A stretch of DNA of 64,000 bases from Novakomyces olei. Lineage: Eukaryota. The notes beneath the pieces were generated by a model that saw only the letters and a list, made by a program, of their open reading frames with translations, made no database searches and was not told the DNA's origin. The position numbers were made by a program, and so were the translations under genes. Positions within the stretch are counted from its first letter, which is position 1. The number at the start of each line of letters is the position of its first letter. Shown piece after piece: positions 13,273 to 27,500 of the stretch. The stretch covers positions 310,001 to 374,000 of the forward strand of contig JADEYG010000012.1 of assembly GCA_016906335.1 (NCBI GenBank), written 5' to 3'.

Positions 13273-15848
13273 ATGAAACTGCGTGTAGCAGTTGGCCCGG
13301 ACGTGAATCATCTACAGACGGCATGGGTAAATCATGAGGATAGGCCGACTGATATAGATTCGCCCTACTGGTCCGGGCGTATACTCGTGCGTATTCGGGA
13401 CTTTACGGGAGCGACACCAGACGGGTCACCTCCAAAGCGAAACAGCGCTTACTTTGTGGGCCGATCGAGAAAGTTTCAAATGCAGGCGGAAGGCCGTTTC
13501 AAGTATCCGTACAATGGAGATCAGATATGGTTTGGGACCCAGTTTGATCATATGGTCGCCCACTTTCCAGAGAGTATGCAGTTTTTTTTTTTGGTTTAGT
13601 GTTTTTGTCGGTGCTAATAGCAGCTGCCTTTCGGGCGGGAATGCGTGTAGCAAAGTATATCGATCCAGCCGTGTTTTACGATCAGGTATGGTGAAAAAAT
13701 TGAATACTATTGATACATTATTGATACATTATTGATGGAACCAAAAAATTCCTAGTCCAACCTTGTCTTTGCCTCTTGGACTTTTGTTTCCTTTTCTATT
13801 TTAATGCTCTTCTTCAATGTCATTCTAATGTTTAGAAAACAGGGCACCCGTACATCATGTCCCCGTATGTTGCATGTGTAAATACGCTATCAGCCTGGCC
13901 TGCTCCAGATAAATTGCAAGATGCAGTTATTTCCCTTCGGCAGGGCACAGCAATCACGGGAGAAACAGCTATGGAGATGGACGATGTGGTCCCGCTTGAG
14001 CGGCAGGATACGCGACTCGTGAGTGAGGCCAGGAGTGAGCCCTACAGGAAAACCCGGTACTGGTCTTTTTTAGGGTTTAAAGACGATGAGGGTCTTCGTG
14101 AGAAGGTTAAAGGGCAGGAGACTAAAATTGGAGGCGATATGTTTTTCAGTGACTTGACGAGTCAGCATCCGTTGTTTAAAGACCAGATTCAGAATGTCGG
14201 TATTAATCTTATGGACAGCGATGAGGAGGAAGGCGATGCTCCAGGGTTACGTAGATTCTATACTGCTCTGGATATGCAGCCTGACGCGGCTGATATACTG
14301 GAGCCAGACGACCAAACTGAATCTGCTCCCTCAACAATAGACGAAAAGACTGATGACGAAGGCATAAAGGCAGCCGCCACGGGATCAGTGGCTACTGCTG
14401 ATCAAGAACATGGACACATTTTTGGGTACAAGGTGGCAAAAGAACGCCATTATCACCGTCATTCGCATTTTGATTATCACGATTATCAGGATCAGGGGAC
14501 TGAGTCTTACGATCAGAGAGGCCACCGCCAAAGCAACCAGCACCACCATGGAAGTAGCCAGCAGCATCACCATAGTCATGGCCCTCTGCATACGCTCAAG
14601 CACAATTCGATTACTCGAAAGTTTAGTACGTCTAAACGTAAAGGCGCCAAAGATAAAGATAAAGGGACGTCTAGCCGGAAAAGCGAGGACGAGTCTGCGT
14701 CTTCAAGCAATAAGGACAGCAATAATAAGCCGTTTTCCTTTGAGGCAGTGCGACGGTCTTTGGATTTCATCCATAGGGACAAGTCACACTCGTCTGATCA
14801 CGAGCCCTCAGGACATACTGCGCCAGCAGGCAATTTATTAGGGTTAGATTTGGTCTCTGAGCCAGATCCGGTCTCGGCCGAAAATGAGCGGACTACCAAT
14901 CCGAAAGAAGGCATTCAATCAAGTAATCCTCAAGGCTCTCACACTTATAAATCTGCTGAAAAGATTACTGAAAAGCATACTGAAAAGCACACTGAAAAAC
15001 ACACTGAAAAGCATATCGAAAAAAGTAGCGCTGATACTGGCACTGTTAATAATGCTGGTGCCTATAGCAGCACTACATATTATAGTACTGATAATAATAC
15101 TAGCAGTGCTGGCAATATCGAATCAGTTTGCAAACAAGACGAAACACAATCAAAGCCTTATCTCGCTCCTATTAGCGTTGATGTGAAAGCAGATACTGAT
15201 TCAGAGACTGAGCCTGCTTTACCGTCTGCGAGTGCTGATACGGAAAGTACTGGACCGGATCCTTTGAGGCCGATCGAACTTACAACGGATATCGCCAAGG
15301 CCATTCCTAAAGCTTACACGCAGCCTTCAGCTTACCATTCTAAATTGGACAACGTTTTGGGCCGGTGGCGATTTTCAAACCCGAAAATTGATCCTATTGA
15401 AGATACGAGTTTTATTTTTGGTGAAGGTCGAACCGTCAAAGAACGCCGAAAGTATTTTTCATCAAGTGAAGAGCGGAGACAAGCGTTTCACTTTGATACA
15501 AACGTCATTTATTGTGTATGTGAATTTGATAAATATATTTTTTTTATATTTTATTATTTATTATTCATAGCTTGTTTATTATTTATTGTCTGCTTGTACT
15601 AACTTTACAGATGAGTTTCTTTTCTCCACACATGGATTTCAATACTTTCAACCTTTCGATTGGCCCGTAAGTAGTGAATTTTTTGTCTTTTCTAAATTTT
15701 TAGGGTTCGGATCAATGTTGCCCGGTATATGGATGGCATGCCTGTCCGGTACGTGATGAGACACGCTGATGCGGATAATATGACAATGTTTGTTATTGAA
15801 TTCAGTTTGGTGGATGATGATTATGATCAAAAGACAAGAGATGTTTAA
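13273..15848 (+). CDS. DUF1769-domain protein (S. pombe Duc1-like); split domain with a long disordered insert, 5 exons
   Basis: N-terminal half MKLRVAVGP..GRILVRIRDF..FQMQAEGRFK..WFGTQFD..KYIDP..MSP. C-terminal half ERRKYF..F.FDTNVIYC/MSFFSPHMDFNTFNLSIG/PVRINV..MPVRYV..FVIEF. GT-AG introns near 13574, 13686, 15516 and 15667-15703. Confidence 0.8.
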
Positions 15849-16388
15849 CGGGAATACTTCTTTGATTTTTTAATCTAATTTTTATTTATTATAATCTTTA
15901 TATTCAATGCCTTTTTATACATACATGACTAGTTCAAATTATGGTCTGTCTTTGGCAGTATGGTATATCAAAGATATTTTGTAATATAGTGTATTTTTTT
16001 TCTTTTATCGTAAAGCGCGATTCAAAGGCGATCTTTTCAGAGCAATATGTAGTATAGACATGTTGACATATAGCTGTTATTATTATGTCTCATGATTCAT
16101 TCTTTTTGTGATGAACAAACTCTAAGTAGCCCTAAGTTTACCATGTTTTATAAACAATTATTTTACGTTTTTGGGGGTCGACCGGATTCTTAAAAGTGCG
16201 ATAATGTTACTTTCTGTTCAACAACTAATCTGCAAAAATGGCCTTTTTATTGTGAGAATCGACTTAATAATGCAAATAAATATCATTCAAGTCTTGCTAA
16301 AAAAAATACTAAGCTAGTGTTGCTTTTGTACCAATTCTTTTTACTTCAGCCTTGAGCATGCAATCTAATGTTAAATACAATTTGCAGA

Positions 16389-18923
16389 TCAGACCTCACT
16401 TACGTTCTCCGCCTTTTGCCAACCTGATCCGCTGTAAAGAGAAAACCCGTGAGTCAAGCAATAGTCTCGCCGAAACTTTATGACAGCTTTTATACGCGAA
16501 AGTGTCGTATTCACGTCTTCATTTTCCAATTGAGCCAAATATTGTTTCAAATCTGTGGAATATTTTTTGCTTGCATCCACTGATGCACCAACGTCTTGAG
16601 AGCACAAGTCCGAAAGTATCTCGTCGTCTAAATCACATTAAATGTCAAAAAGAAGAGCATTAAAAAATTATATAATAGATGAATAAGAAACTAAAATGTT
16701 ACGAAGAGGAAATGAAGAGAATAAGACTAGCTTCGAGCAGAGTATTCAGAAATGATCATAGCATATAGTGCAAATTAAACCGCGTACTAGTGAAAAAGCA
16801 CCCAAAAAAACTTGAATTCAGGAACTACAGACCAAAATGTTCCATATTTCATAGATTATGAAAGTCAATAAATAAGTAAAAGTAAAATACGTAAACATGC
16901 AGATCATAAAAATTTTAAAATATATTTAAAAATAATAAAATGAATATTAACAACAAAAATACATCGCCATTAAATTTACATAAACAAAACTTAATAAAAA
17001 TTTGCTTCTTTCAACAATCACAGATAATAAAATTATATAAGTAATTAAATATAGAAATAAAAGAGTGCATAAATAAAAAAAATCATTCAATTACCACTCA
17101 AGCAGACATCCTTAAAATGTTGTTGCTCGCAACTTGAATTATTACAAATTCCACCCTGTGTTTCGTATTTGCAAAATGTTAAAAACGGATCAATCTTGTT
17201 GTTCCAAGTTAATGAAGTCAAAATGTCATCTTTGCCTCCAGCTCCGCCTTCGCTACCGTCGCTGTGAGAAGCCAAAGTATAAATTGACTCGCTAAATCGA
17301 AAATTCTTAAACATTTCTAATGGGCTTATGTACGGAACAAATTTCGTATCGTCTTCCTCCTCCTACGCAAAGGCGTTAGACAATGCTGCAGTGCAATAAA
17401 TTCGAAGCTTTTCGTCTCACATTTGCCTCTCGGCCTTGCTCGGTGCCTGTCAAAGGCACAATATCGGAAGCGGAATCCGATACTCGATCAGTTTCGCCTA
17501 CAGATTCCTGTTCTTTTATTAATGCCAAACCATGAACAGATGATTTTTCATTCGGATCCGAAGAAGTAACGAGCTGAGGATCGGAATCGGTTTGGGAAGC
17601 ATTTATATCGGCTCTATTCTCCCCTTTGGTTTTTCTCTGCTTCTTTTTCTTGTTGCTTTCTTTGTCTTTTATATTTTCTTTGTCCCTGCTGCCCTTTTCT
17701 TCATCTAAAATCTCCTCTTCATCCTGAGCTGTATCTTCGGTTTGCTCAACACCGCCGTTCTCTGTATCCCCACGAAAAGAATCAGCCGTGGCGAGTAAAG
17801 AATTAGCATCAGGATCCAGATCTTCTTTGCCGGGAGACAAAGCTGAAGAAGCTTCAAAAATGAGCCTACGCATCTCCATATTCATTTCGCCAATAGATGC
17901 AGCCTTAAGATTTGCAGTAGATCCGTTTGGCTGCTCATTCCCGACAGCAGCAGCTCTCAATGCCTTTTGTTCTGCAATCAAGATTCGTTCCTTTATTAAC
18001 AAAATCGAATTCTCTGTTTCTCGCAGCCTTTTTAAACGTTCTACTGCTCCATTTCGGTCGGCTGAACCGGGCCGAAATTTCTTTTCTTTATCGTTCGCAG
18101 CAGGCGCGCAATCTGCCTCGGAATCGCTTTCGCTCAGCTCGATAAAGCAGGTCGCAGGGACGGCAGCTGACAAAGGTGTAAGGGAGCGAGAAGGAGCTGC
18201 AGAGTCCTGTTTTCTACGGAAGGCAGCTCGATTAGAGTAGCGGAGAGGGGCAGGTCTGTAGTTTGCGGTGGCAGTTCCCAGCTCAGTCAATAGTGAATCC
18301 ACGACAAGCGGCGAAATGCCTTCCTGTACCAACATGTGCGCGTTGAATCCCATATGAAGCAGATCTGATAACGCTGCCTTTGCAGTATCCCGCCCGGCTG
18401 TTAGTTTAGCAAGGTCAATTTAAATGCTTTATAAAAGCCTGTCGATTTCAAAATTTGCTTATACTGTCCATAACAATACAAAGAATTATTATTGTTTTAA
18501 TTCTTTTCTTTTCCTCTTCCCCTTAAACTTGTATTTTGCTTTTATTTTCTCTTCATTTTTTCATATGTATTTATTTATTTGCTCAATAGTTCTCATCTTC
18601 CTTTTCTTTGATACTTTGTGGCCTTTAAATTTTGCTGATGATTTATGTCTTCAAAACATACCTATTTCAGGCCTCAGGCCATATTCCAAGCCCTGTCTAG
18701 AGCCAGGCATTCCATGGTTGGAGTCAATATAAAATCCAGCAGTATTAAGCAAAGTATCTTTCCGCCTTTTCCGCGGTCGATCGTCCAGTTCATAATGATC
18801 ATACTCCTCAGCAGAAACCCCGTTTCCCTCGCTCTGAACAATTTCCCCTTCTTCCACATCGGCCGCGGTGGCCTTGCGCGATTGTAAAGCCGCTTGTCTC
18901 AAAGACGCTAAATCAACAACCAT
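16389..18923 (-). CDS. Red1/ZFC3H1-like zf-C3H1 protein (MTREC/PAXT scaffold), 4 exons
   Basis: Exons ~18923-18662, 18397-17421, 17362-~17095 and ~16627-16389. Motif YISPLEMFKNFRF..SLTWNNKIDPFLTFCKYETQGGICNNSSCEQQHF, with a central coiled coil. Confidence 0.78.
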
Positions 18924-19602
18924 ATTTTCTGCCTCAAAAATAATAGTCTAAATGCTGGATCGCTCTTTAACGCTGCTCATTAATCTTTTCGATACTTTAA
19001 TCATTTCTTGTACAATTGACGGTCCTATCAGAAATTTCTTTAACTCGATTTTTCCGTCCTTTGCTCCACGATCTCTTCAATTTTGTTCTCCGTCTTGAGC
19101 CTTTTCCGCTCTCTTCTGCCACTAAATCCTTTCCTCTTGCGCCTTTTGACTGTAAAATTATTCTCTTCTTTTCTTTTTCCGATCCTTTTCTTTTTCCGAT
19201 CCCTTTCTTTTCTTTTCTTCTTCTGTCTTTTTCTTTCCCTTCCGTTTTATATGCCTTTTGCCTTCTGATCAGCTTAATCCTCCTCTTTATCGGCCTCGTT
19301 CGCCGTTGTCGGATCTCTACAATCTATCTACGCGTGTCGTTTTCCGTCCGGAATTCGTCCTTTACCTGTTTGACTGTACACTTACTTTGTATTATAAAGT
19401 AACGCTGCTGCTAAATGACTGAAATTCCTGAGCGATCTGTTTGTCACGTGACCGATAATCAATAATTATAAGGGTAAACAAACAATTCGTTTCGCGTACT
19501 TTGACGGCTTTAAAAGCACAAAATCGAGAAACACGGTTTGCCGTACGTGCAAGTTGAGCGGGAAAAGGCCGCTGAAATTTTGCTGTCGTTTTTGCTGTCA
19601 GA

Positions 19603-22600
19603 ATGCGTGGTGACATTACTCGGCAGTCGACTTTTTCTCCCGCTTTTGTGCGCGAATTAGGCCAAACTGGTGCCAATAAATCAGCACAGCCTAACAACAG
19701 TGACGACGAGGATGGCAAAGCGTTCTTTGAGAAACGGCTCGTTTGGGTCTGGAATTCTGACGAGACTTTTACGTCCGGGTCAATTGTATCCGAAACTGGC
19801 GATTCGTTCGTCGTGCGTACGGCCAATGGAGAGGTATATATTTGTCAAATTTTGAATTGAATCTACAAGAATCAGCGGTAGAATGGATGGATGGTTCATT
19901 ATTCAGTCTATCGCTATTTAGTTTTACGTGGTTCTCTAGCCTTTTTTTTTTTTCTTTTCTCTTTTCTTTTTTTAAATTGGCGTTGTTTTATTAGCTTTTT
20001 CATTCATTATTGTTTCCGGCTCTGACGTCCAGGTGACGGTGCCTCAAGAGCAAGTGAGCCCCGTGAACCCTCCCAAATTTGATCGTGTCAATGATATGGC
20101 AGACCTGACGTTTTTAAATGAGCCATCGGTCGTTCACAATCTTGAAAGGCGGTATGCAAGTGACGAGATTTATGTAAGTAAATATTTAATGTTGAATTGA
20201 TCTAATCTCGATACCAAATAGACGTATTCCGGTCTGTTTCTTGTCGCATTAAACCCATATAAGTCCCTCCCGATATACGGTCCGCGGTACATTGAGCGGT
20301 ACCGGAATAAAACACGATCAGACGTTCCCGAAGCACACATCTATGCCGTCTGTGATCAGGCTTTGCAGGATATGAGGACAATGAGGGAAAATCAATCAAT
20401 TCTAGTGACGGGAGAGTCTGGTGCAGGTAAAACTGAGAGCACAAAGATAATGATCAGGTACATGACTTGTCTGTCTCATGACACATTTGCTCAGCGACGA
20501 GCACAAGGCGATTTAGCCCAGGGTAAACCCGGTTTTGGGCTGGAAGATCGGGTGCTTCAGGCTAACCCGATCTTGGAAGCCTTTGGTAATGCCAAGACCG
20601 CGAGGAACGATAATTCTTCACGGTTTGGCAAATTTATACGGCTCGAATTCGATGAGAATAGCGTTATTTCCGGTGCGACAATTGATTATTATTTGCTGGA
20701 AAATTCAAGGGTCAACATACAGTCTGCGAACGAGCGAAACTACCATATATTCTACCAACTGCTGGCGGGGGCCAGCAGCGAGTGTCGCCAAAGTCTGTTT
20801 CTTACAAATGACCCTAAAAATTATACGTATCTCCAATCGTCCTTGTGCTCAGCGATTCCCGGAGTTGATGATGCAAAAGCCTTTCATGAGCTTGAATCGG
20901 CATTCCGAGTAATGGGCGTTGACGAGGCTACTCTTTCGGAAATACTCAAAGTCGTTGCTATTACCCTTCACATAGGCGATATAAGCGTCAGGGAGGAGAG
21001 ATCAGGTCAGGCTCAGATCACCAACCATACACACGTAGAAAGGCTCTGTCATTTGCTCGGAGTGCCCTGTGCAGAATTCATTCGGGCGCTGGTTAAACCG
21101 CGTATTCGTGCGGGCCACGAGTACGTTTCAAACGCTCGATCAAAGGACCAGACTGTCCGGGCATTAGGATCGCTGTCGCGAATATTGTACGAGAAGCTTT
21201 TCGCCTTTATTGTCAGCCTGGTCAACCAAAACTTGAAAAGCCCCTCGAGCCAATCAGAATCGTTTATTGGCATCCTGGATATTGCGGGTTTCGAGATATT
21301 TGAGCACAATAGCTTTGAGCAGTTTTGTATAAATTACACAAACGAAAAACTGCAGCAGTTCTTCAACCACCGCATGTTTATTCTTGAGCAGGAGGAGTAC
21401 ATGAAGGAAGGAATTGCTTGGGATTTTCTTGATTTTGGACGCGATCTTGAGCCCACAATTAGCCTGATTGAAAGCACGAATCCGGTGGGAATTCTCGCCT
21501 GTTTGGACGAGGAGTGTATAGTCCCTAAAGCATCCGATGAGTCGTTTTCCGAAAAGCTTTGCCAACTCTGGTCCGGAAAGTCTGCGCGCTTTGAGCCGCT
21601 GAAGAATCGGCGTGAAGGATTTGTGCTTCGGCACTATGCCGCCCAAGTCCAGTACGATACTGCGCAGTGGCTCGATAAGAACAAGGACCCGCTCAGTTCC
21701 CACATGTCACAGGTAATGCAGGGCTCGACTAATAAATTCGTTGCCAATTTATTTGGCAGCAGCACAGCAGCAAAAGCGTCTAAAATAAAGTCTGGAATAT
21801 TCAGGACAGTGGCACAAAAGCATAAAGAGCAGCTCGCAACACTAATGAACCGGCTGGAATCGACTCAGCCGCATTTCGTCCGTTGTATAATCCCGAATCA
21901 TTTGAAATTGCCCAATAGACTAGACAAGAAAATCGTACTCGACCAGCTGCGGTGCAATGGTGTTTTGGAGGGCATTCGTATAGCGCGAACCGGGTTCCCC
22001 AATCGAATGGGATACGAAGAGTTTAGAGCGCGGTACGGGATTCTGGCTCTTAAAAATAATAATAATAATAAAAATAATAATAATAACAAGCCCGTGTTTG
22101 TGGAGAATCAAAAAGCAGTTGAACAGATTCTAGAGTTTATGGCGGTGGACAAATCAGTGTACAGATTAGGGCACACAAAGATATTCTTTCGAGCTGGAGC
22201 TTTGGCCGGTTTAGAGGCAGCAAAAGAGCAGAAACTGGGCAGTATAATGTCGACCTTGCAATCACGGTCCAGAGCCTTTATTGTGCGAAGAAAATTTGGA
22301 AAAATACTGAACCGATCGCGGGCGGCCAAAGTGATTGAGGCATCGTTCAAGGCGTACAACAAATTGCACGAGTCTGATTGGTGGCGGCTCTTTATAGCTA
22401 TGCGACCAATGATTGCTCAAACGGCGGAAGAGTCGCAGCTTTTTGACCAGGAAGTTTCAGCACTCAGAGCGAAAATAGACTCGGCCACTGCTGACCACGA
22501 TGCGGCAAAGGGAGAGCTGGTAAAACTGCAAGAGCAGTATGATGCAGTGGCCCACGTCTTAGAGTCGGAACGTCAAACGTTTCAGGACAAGGACGCGATG

Positions 22601-24178
22601 CTTTTGCGAGCTCAGACGCGGATTGCAGAGTTGGAAGAAGAACTGCAATTGGCTCAGGACGATGTTGATCAGCTGGACGCTCAGTGTGAGGAAATTGTCG
22701 CTGCTAAAAAGGCTGGAGAGGCGCAGATAAAGGACCTTAAAGCTCGGCTCTTTGAAGGGGTCACTATCATTGCAGAACTCGAGCGGAGCAAAGCAGATTT
22801 GCTCTCAAAGCTGGAGCAGGAAGATCAATTGAAGCAAAAGAGTTTTGCTCTAATGAAGAGCAATAAGGAGAACAATAAAGACGAAATAAAGCCAGGGAAA
22901 GACGGGGAGAAGGACGCAGAAATTAGCAGATTAAAGCAAGTTCTTTTGGAGGTTAAAATGTCCCAGAATTCAAGGCTAAGCAGTCTGCAAAAAGAATTAA
23001 ACGACAAAGAAACTGATTTGCAAACTGCCCGCGATCAATTGAGAAAGACGAAGGATTCTCTGAATGCATCAATGAAAAATCAGGAGCGAATTAAAGTGCT
23101 GGAGGACGCGCTGAATAAAGAATTGCAGGCTAAAGAACGGCTGCAACGCAGTCTGAGTATGAAACGAGCAGAAGCAAAAGAAATTATGGACGCTAAAGCG
23201 TTAAATGATAAATTGCATACGGAAGTCGAGGCTTTGTCTAAACGCCAATCGCAGCTTCTATCAGAAATTGAACGCTTAAAAAAGCAATCAGGGACGATTA
23301 AATCCGAATTTGAGGGGCAATTAAATGCGCTAACAGAGGAAAAATCAAGAGCAATTCTTCAGGGCAATGAAAATGCAAAACAATTACAAAACATTAAAGC
23401 CAGGCACGAACAGGAATTAGTCAAATTGCATACGCAGCTTTCCACTCAGCAGTCGGAATACCAGCAATTAGCAAAGCAAGTCGAAGCGTTGCAAGACAAA
23501 AATGGCAAAATTGAAAAAGAAAATAAAAATTTACAAGAATCTCTGCGAAAATCTCTGCAAGAATCTCGCCTTGCTCTTGAGGAAAAAGCTGCGGCTCACA
23601 AAACGTTTGAAAAAACGGCGGCAGTAAACGAGCAAAGTCACAAAGCAGAATTGAGTCGATTACACAATGAGCTTGACAAGTCGAAACTCGTTGTTGGAGA
23701 ATTAAAATCGCGAAATAAAGAATTGGAAGGCAGTAGCAAGGTCGACCAAGAAAAGCAGGCACAGAAAATTGCTGCGCTTGAAACGGAACTGAAAAATCAG
23801 CGAAAATCTGGAGCTTCAGCCACTGAAAAAATCAGTACTTTAAATGGGAAAATTGCTTCATTAGAATCTGATCTTGGGTCAAAGAGTGTGGCTTTGGATG
23901 AGAAGGCTCGGCAACTAGCAATGGCGCAGTCTCGATCGGATTCTATAATGCGAGAACTTCAATTGCTAAAGGAAAGAAACGTCCAACTAGAAACCCATGA
24001 AAAAGCAGTACATTCGGCTTTGGGATTGGCAGAGTCTGAATCTTCACCGGATCTGATTTTGAAACACGTTCAGAAAATAATTTCCCAAAAGAATCAGACT
24101 GAATTGGCTCAAGTTAAACTGCGGCAAAGGTACGAGACTCTTCGTCAGTCGCTAGAGAATATTTTGTCACACGATTGA
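19603..24178 (+). CDS. myo2: Myosin II heavy chain (~1440 aa, short coiled-coil tail), 3 exons
   Basis: SH3-like N-terminus, [59 protein letters not shown] region and WWRLF, followed by heptad repeats. Introns 19834-20032 and 20174-20221. Confidence 0.95.
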
Positions 24179-24574
24179 CGCGCGTCATAATCATTTATTT
24201 GTTTTTGTTAAATGTGGTTAGGGCGTGTATGATAAATATATATGTGGATAATGAGTAATGACAATTTAAATATCTGACCAGATAAAGCCCAATGATTTTG
24301 ACATAGGAATCGTATAACGCGGCCGGTCATTAAGCCAATTGATTTTCGTACATGAATTCAAGGCGATACCTCGCCGGTAAACCAAATAGGAGATATCCAG
24401 CAAGGATAAACCAGTCGAGGTTTAAACAGGGACAGGGTAAGAAAGTAACAAAATCACAAGACAAAATTTCTTTTATTAGATTGGTTATTACCTATTATGT
24501 CTTGTTTATTATTTATTATTTGTTTTATTAAATATAATATATAAAATTTTATCTATTTTCCACTATTCCCATCA

Positions 24575-27500
24575 TCACATTACAGGCGTCTTCCCTGTCA
24601 GACTTGTCTTGCACTTGCCACATATCATCAAAGCCGTATTCCCCCTATAAAAAGAGGCCAGTTCAGCCTTCAAAATCCTTCCACAAGCACGGCAAATTAC
24701 TCGACGGTCCATTATAGTAAAAGCATCGTTACTTTCCATACATTTTACCGTCTGGCCGAGTCCACAAAAGTGCAATTTACTCGGAGTATCGGGCAGACTC
24801 CATGATAAGATGTAGCCGTTTTCCGTAGCAGCGTACAGTGATCGTGAGCTTCCGTCCACACAAAGAGTAGAGATTGGCTGATGAAGTTCAGTTCCCAATT
24901 CTTGCATGAAAAACCGTAATTCTCGAATGTGGGTAAATGCTTTTGCCACGGACCCGTCCTCAATTTGAATATTGAATCGCCATATATTAACGGATCCATC
25001 ATTGTGACCCGTGACTATAATGTTTTGTTCAGGGTATTCTTTGCCTTTGCCATTGTAGAAGGTACAGCAGGTGATAATCTTGCCGTAATCGTTGCCAAAA
25101 TGCACGTTGCTTTCGACAAGTTTGGTTCCGTTGATGGAGAACAAGTAAGCCAAACTGCCCTGGCAAGCCAGCACATCACCCGTAGTCTGGTTAATGGCCA
25201 AACAAATTTTGAGCTTGCCGTTTGATTTTTCAGATTTACCTCCAATTTCATACACGCTTTCTTTTACTTTTCCGTCTTTTTTGGACAAGCAGAAGCGTGT
25301 CTGTAACACCAGCGAGTTCAGATCCCATATTAAAACGCACCCGTCCGCGGACGCAGAAGCAATCAGCCTAAAGGCATCAGAACTTGCGAGGGAAACAATC
25401 TCGTCTGTATGGCCGCGCAGATAGCCTCTCAATTCAACAGCCGGATCGCCAGTATTAACCATTTTCCATACTGAAATTGTTCCATCACGAGAATAAACGA
25501 GCAAATTTTGTCGGCCACAGAATTGCAGGCGGCATTGAGTGTCGGGATGGATGTTTTCCTTCACAAATTGCCTTTTCTGGTAATTACTACCGTTGCTATT
25601 ATTATTATTATTATTCTTTTCATTTTCATTGTTACTGTGATAGGTAAAATTGCCAGACTTTGTCAGGATCAGTGAGCCATCCTTGTACCGGCAAAAAACG
25701 TTCGCCTCCAAGTCTCGAACTGCATTCGGATGGAACACATCGAGACGGTCTGCCTTTGCCTCGTAGACAAGAGCATCGACTCTTGCACTTGAATCAGGCA
25801 GACTTTTCAAGGGCAATGCAGCGGGGCACAAGAGATGCATATTACTCTCGAACCGCCCGAGGCATTCTGTTTCCCTGTCAGTAAATTTGGAAAAATCTCG
25901 CTGCCTTTTCGGATGGGGTCTCGTGAATATTTGCTTTGGAGTTTGTCCAAAATTATGGATAATTCCGATGGTTGCAGCTAATTCAACCGGATCCACAATC
26001 TGATCTAGTTGGATCGATCCGGAATACGATAGGTGATGAAATACATTGGTCGCTAAAACTGCTTCTTCTCCACGTTGCCGGTACCCAAAGATCAGGTCGA
26101 TCCAACTGTGCAAATTCGCACTGACATACTCGCTCTCAAGAGCCTCACGATTCATATAAATAAACAGAAATGGGTCACCTTTTGCCCACGGAGGCAGAGC
26201 GACGTCGGATACGGTAGACCTGTCCTGTTTTTCCCCAAAATCATAGTGATTAATATTTTTCAGAAACTCAGGCAGGTAGAAAAACTCGGGAACTAGTTCA
26301 CGAACATCGCTCATATTATCCACAGCAGCTGACTGAAAAGCAGCAGCAACAGAATCAAAAATCCTGTCAGCATGGTCAAACTTGCCGCCTTGCAGGGACA
26401 AATAAGCATCAACAAACGGTTTTAGCCTTATTAAATACATACAGACAATCATGGCTGAAGAGTAATGAGTTCCATAGTGGAACGGAGGCTGTGCTTGGTC
26501 ATTCAGCTCGGCAAACGTATTGTACCTTTCCTGAAAATTACGCCTTCTTTCCTCCACTTGAGCGCCCATTGGTTTTGACAAATCACGAAACGAATGAGCG
26601 TCGCGTAAGTCCAAACTGTCCCCAACGTAATCCGACAAAATCCACGGGAAAACCGGGTACTGCGTTAAATCGTTATACGTGCGGCCCGCCATCGTATTCA
26701 GCATCATCAAATACTCGAAATTTGATATTTTTCGCGCCTGCCAGTCCGCAATATAGGGATTATCAGGAGTACCAGAGATAAAATTAGAGATTCTACTGCC
26801 CAATCGCTTCGGTCGGGAGAGCAGGTCGCCCCTAAATATTAAAGATTCTATCGAATCTTTAGGGCCAGCAGACCGTTTTGATTGCAGACGGGTATAAAGC
26901 GCATCGCGCTCCCTACCCGAATGAAAAGTTACAAGCTCTGATTGACCGTCGTTGAAAAACACTTCAATTGCCACGTCTCTGAAAAGAAATCTTCGCTTTG
27001 ATAATGAAACAATCGAGTCATAGGACCATCTCCGCGTCTCATGCTTGATGAAAGAGTGATTAAAGTTTGCTCTATCGATTTTGCTCTCGTTATTTTTGTT
27101 GTTATTTACCTTATTATTGTTTTGCCAATCACTGCCGGAGAGAAAGCGCAAATAAGGATCCCTTAGAGAGGCGATTGCCGGGTCCCAGATGTTGAATATT
27201 TCCACGGCCGAGCCTCGCATTAGCTGAAAGTATCCATCGATAATGTACAAGTTTTTGTGGCCCATCATAAACAGCCCCTCGTAGGCAGAAAGGCCTACAA
27301 TCCGGCTAATGTTGAATCCGTCTTCTAGTTTATCGCCCTTTTCAAGAGACCTAGCCACTTTACGCCTTCCATCTTCTTCTATTATATCCGACTCCTCCAA
27401 ATTTTCAAAGCTTTTGCTCGATTCTGCATCTGTTCCTTTCCCATCGTTCCCGTCACTCTCTCCATTTTCCTCCTCCTGATCCCTGCTGTTTGTGCTTAAC

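Noticed and set aside
21270-21360. Alternative CUG codon usage
   Set aside because: CTG encodes conserved Leu in ILDIAGFE and NEKLQQFF, so the code is standard.
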